From assembly GCA_044223005.1 (NCBI GenBank), contig JBGAML010000002.1, forward strand, positions 32,001 to 96,000: a DNA stretch of 64,000 nucleotides. The letters are read 5' to 3'. The position numbers and the translations under genes were made by a program. This stretch comes from Candidatus Eiseniibacteriota bacterium. GTDB taxonomy: Bacteria; Eisenbacteria; RBG-16-71-46. Positions 62,677 to 64,000 of the stretch are shown here, one piece after another (within the stretch, counting starts at the first letter, position 1; every line of letters starts with the position of its first letter). The notes beneath the pieces were generated by a model. The model was given only the letters and a program-made list of their open reading frames with translations. It did no database searches and was not told where the DNA came from.

Positions 62677-63309
62677 TCACCGGTAGATCGACTTGAGCCG
62701 GCCCCACGTCGGCGCGAGCACCGGCACCGGGCCGGGGCAGCGCACGCCGAGCCGCGCCGCCACCTGCGCCACGTCGGCGGCATCGGTGGTGCCGTTGTGG
62801 TCGAAGTCCGCCGTCGGATCCGCGCCCCCGATCTTGCCTGTCGCGACCGCGACGTCGGCCGCCGTCACCATGAGGTCGCCGTCCTGGTCGATCGGCGCCA
62901 CGGTCACGCGGCCGATCAGCACGCCGTCGGCGTAAACGGGCACGCCGACCCCGGGGCCTCCCGGTGCGAACGCACACCCGCCGCCGGCGCGCAGGTCGAA
63001 GTTCGACTGCCCGAGCGCGTTCGTGATCACGGTCACGGTGCGGCTGACCAGGTTCACGTTGCAGTTCGTGCAGCTGGTCGCGCAGAACGTCACCTCCGGG
63101 CACGACGAGAAATCCAGCGTGACCCACGAGTTCGCGACCGGTGTCGCGGCGAAGTCGCGTACGGTGACGTGGAAGATCACGCTGCCGTCGGGCGAAGTGA
63201 CGAGCACGGGATCCACCGTGCTGCTGTTCGGGGCGGGGATATTCGCACGCGCGGCGAGCGGCAGGGCGAGCGCGAGCAGGAGTGCGACGAGGGTACGAGT
63301 GGCACGCAT
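62677..63309 (-). CDS. Secreted Ig-like/dockerin-like protein with C-terminal TWGxLKxxYR tag
   Basis: Signal peptide; paired Ca-loop repeats 'DQDGDLMVTAADV' and 'DFDHNGTTDAADV'; ends 'PVPV.APTWGRLKSIYR'; GGAGGAG RBS. Confidence 0.7.
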   Translation of the reverse strand: MRATRTLVALLLALALPLAARANIPAPNSSTVDPVLVTSPDGSVIFHVTVRDFAATPVANSWVTLDFSSCPEVTFCATSCTNCNVNLVSRTVTVITNALGQSNFDLRAGGGCAFAPGGPGVGVPVYADGVLIGRVTVAPIDQDGDLMVTAADVAVATGKIGGADPTADFDHNGTTDAADVAQVAARLGVRCPGPVPVLAPTWGRLKSIYR

Positions 63310-63592
63310 GGCGGGTTCTCCTCCCGGAAAAGGGGGTCGGGCGGGGGCCCGGGCGAGGCTCGTACAGCAAACCCCAGGACCGCGCCGACGTCACACGCGA
63401 AGATCGATCGAGCCGCCCAACCCTGCGCCGGCACACGGGTTCACGACCACGAAACCGCGACTCGCACGGGCGCGGACGGCGTTCGCGAATGCCGTTGCAA
63501 CCCGCTCGCGGGCGGCGGGATACTCCCGGCCGCAGTTCGCTCACCGGCCCCGATCGGGGCCCTCGTCGCAGTCGTCGTATCGGAGGTGCCCG

Positions 63593-63757
63593 ATGTCCGA
63601 GAAGAAGAACGAAGCCCAGCAGCCCTTCTTCGCCCGCTTCCTCCAGAACCAGGCGCACGACCAGTTCCCGAGCATCCAGTCGGCGATCCAGGCCGGCCGC
63701 AAGCTGCCCGAGACGATGAAGTACCCGTCGGACAACGACGAGTGGCCGACGATGTAA
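63593..63757 (+). CDS. Microviridin/marinostatin-family (graspetide) precursor peptide, 54 aa
   Basis: GGAGG RBS; MSEKKNEAQQ-PFFARFL-QNQ...AGRKLPE-TMKYPSDNDE-WPTM contains both hallmark motifs. Confidence 0.92.
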   Translation: MSEKKNEAQQPFFARFLQNQAHDQFPSIQSAIQAGRKLPETMKYPSDNDEWPTM

Positions 63758-63884
63758 CCAGCGCAGTTCGCGGCGCTCGCCGGTCCTGACCGGCACGTCG
63801 CGTGGCGGGGCCGCGATGCGCGCCGAGACCGGCGTGGGTCGCGGCCTCCGGCATTCCCACCCTCATCGCGCTCCCCGGGTCCCC

Positions 63885-64000
63885 GTGACCGCTCCCACCG
63901 TCCTGCTGGTCACCCACCGCGCCGACCACTTCACCATCGACCGCGTCGCCGCGGCCGTCGCGCGGCGCGGCGGGCGCCCGTTCCGCTTCGACTCCGACCA
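63885..64000 (+). CDS. MvdC/MvdD-family ATP-grasp RiPP maturase, 3'-truncated by the window edge
   Basis: (V)TAPTVLLVTHRADHFTIDRVAAAVARRGGRPFRFDSD resembles the MvdC-type N-terminus; an in-frame ATG also exists at 63816. Confidence 0.8.
   Translation, partial: MTAPTVLLVTHRADHFTIDRVAAAVARRGGRPFRFDSD

Noticed and set aside
63493..63524. GTTGCAAC upstream of the RiPP precursor as another copy of the sulfur-regulon UAS
   Set aside because: Single half-pattern with no N5 dyad partner or sigma54 box; may simply be a sigma70-like -35 (TTGCAA...GATACT).

Overview
High-GC (roughly 70% by eye) bacterial DNA. FlgD/T9SS-like C-terminal domains and a C-terminal 'TWGRLKSIYR' tag suggest an Eisenbacteria/Latescibacterota-like FCB-related lineage (inference only). 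Content: (1) 1-8.3 kb, secreted beta-propeller (Kelch and WNP-repeat) proteins around a DUF2235 hydrolase. (2) 9.1-27.7 kb, a co-oriented sulfur/chalcogen respiration super-cluster: sigma54 activator, a Geobacter-type ext module (ExtJ, rhodanese ExtH, porin ExtI, 12-, 8- and 4-heme cytochromes, Rieske/cytochrome b), a PhsABC-like Mo-enzyme, split YeeE/YedE, a DsrC/TusE homolog without C-terminal Cys, a FadL-type channel, a small diheme cytochrome and a DUF302-like protein. Two sigma54 promoters carry a shared TGCRAC-N5-GTYGCR upstream motif. (3) 27.8-34.9 kb, a TolC/MFP/RND operon with PII-like and DUF2892 genes, divergent from an ECF sigma factor fused to a zinc anti-sigma domain; its upstream motif recurs in front of an OsmC-family gene 15 kb away. 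(4) pilT plus a DUF4388-fused degenerate PilT paralog. (5) Two orphan Rhs toxin/immunity cassettes. (6) Assorted enzymes: PLP decarboxylase, S46 peptidase, TPR-zincin, two GH38-like paralogs, a fused LeuD-LeuC aconitase-family protein. (7) At the right edge, a microviridin-type RiPP precursor followed by the start of an ATP-grasp maturase. All calls come from motif recognition by eye; no database searches were run.
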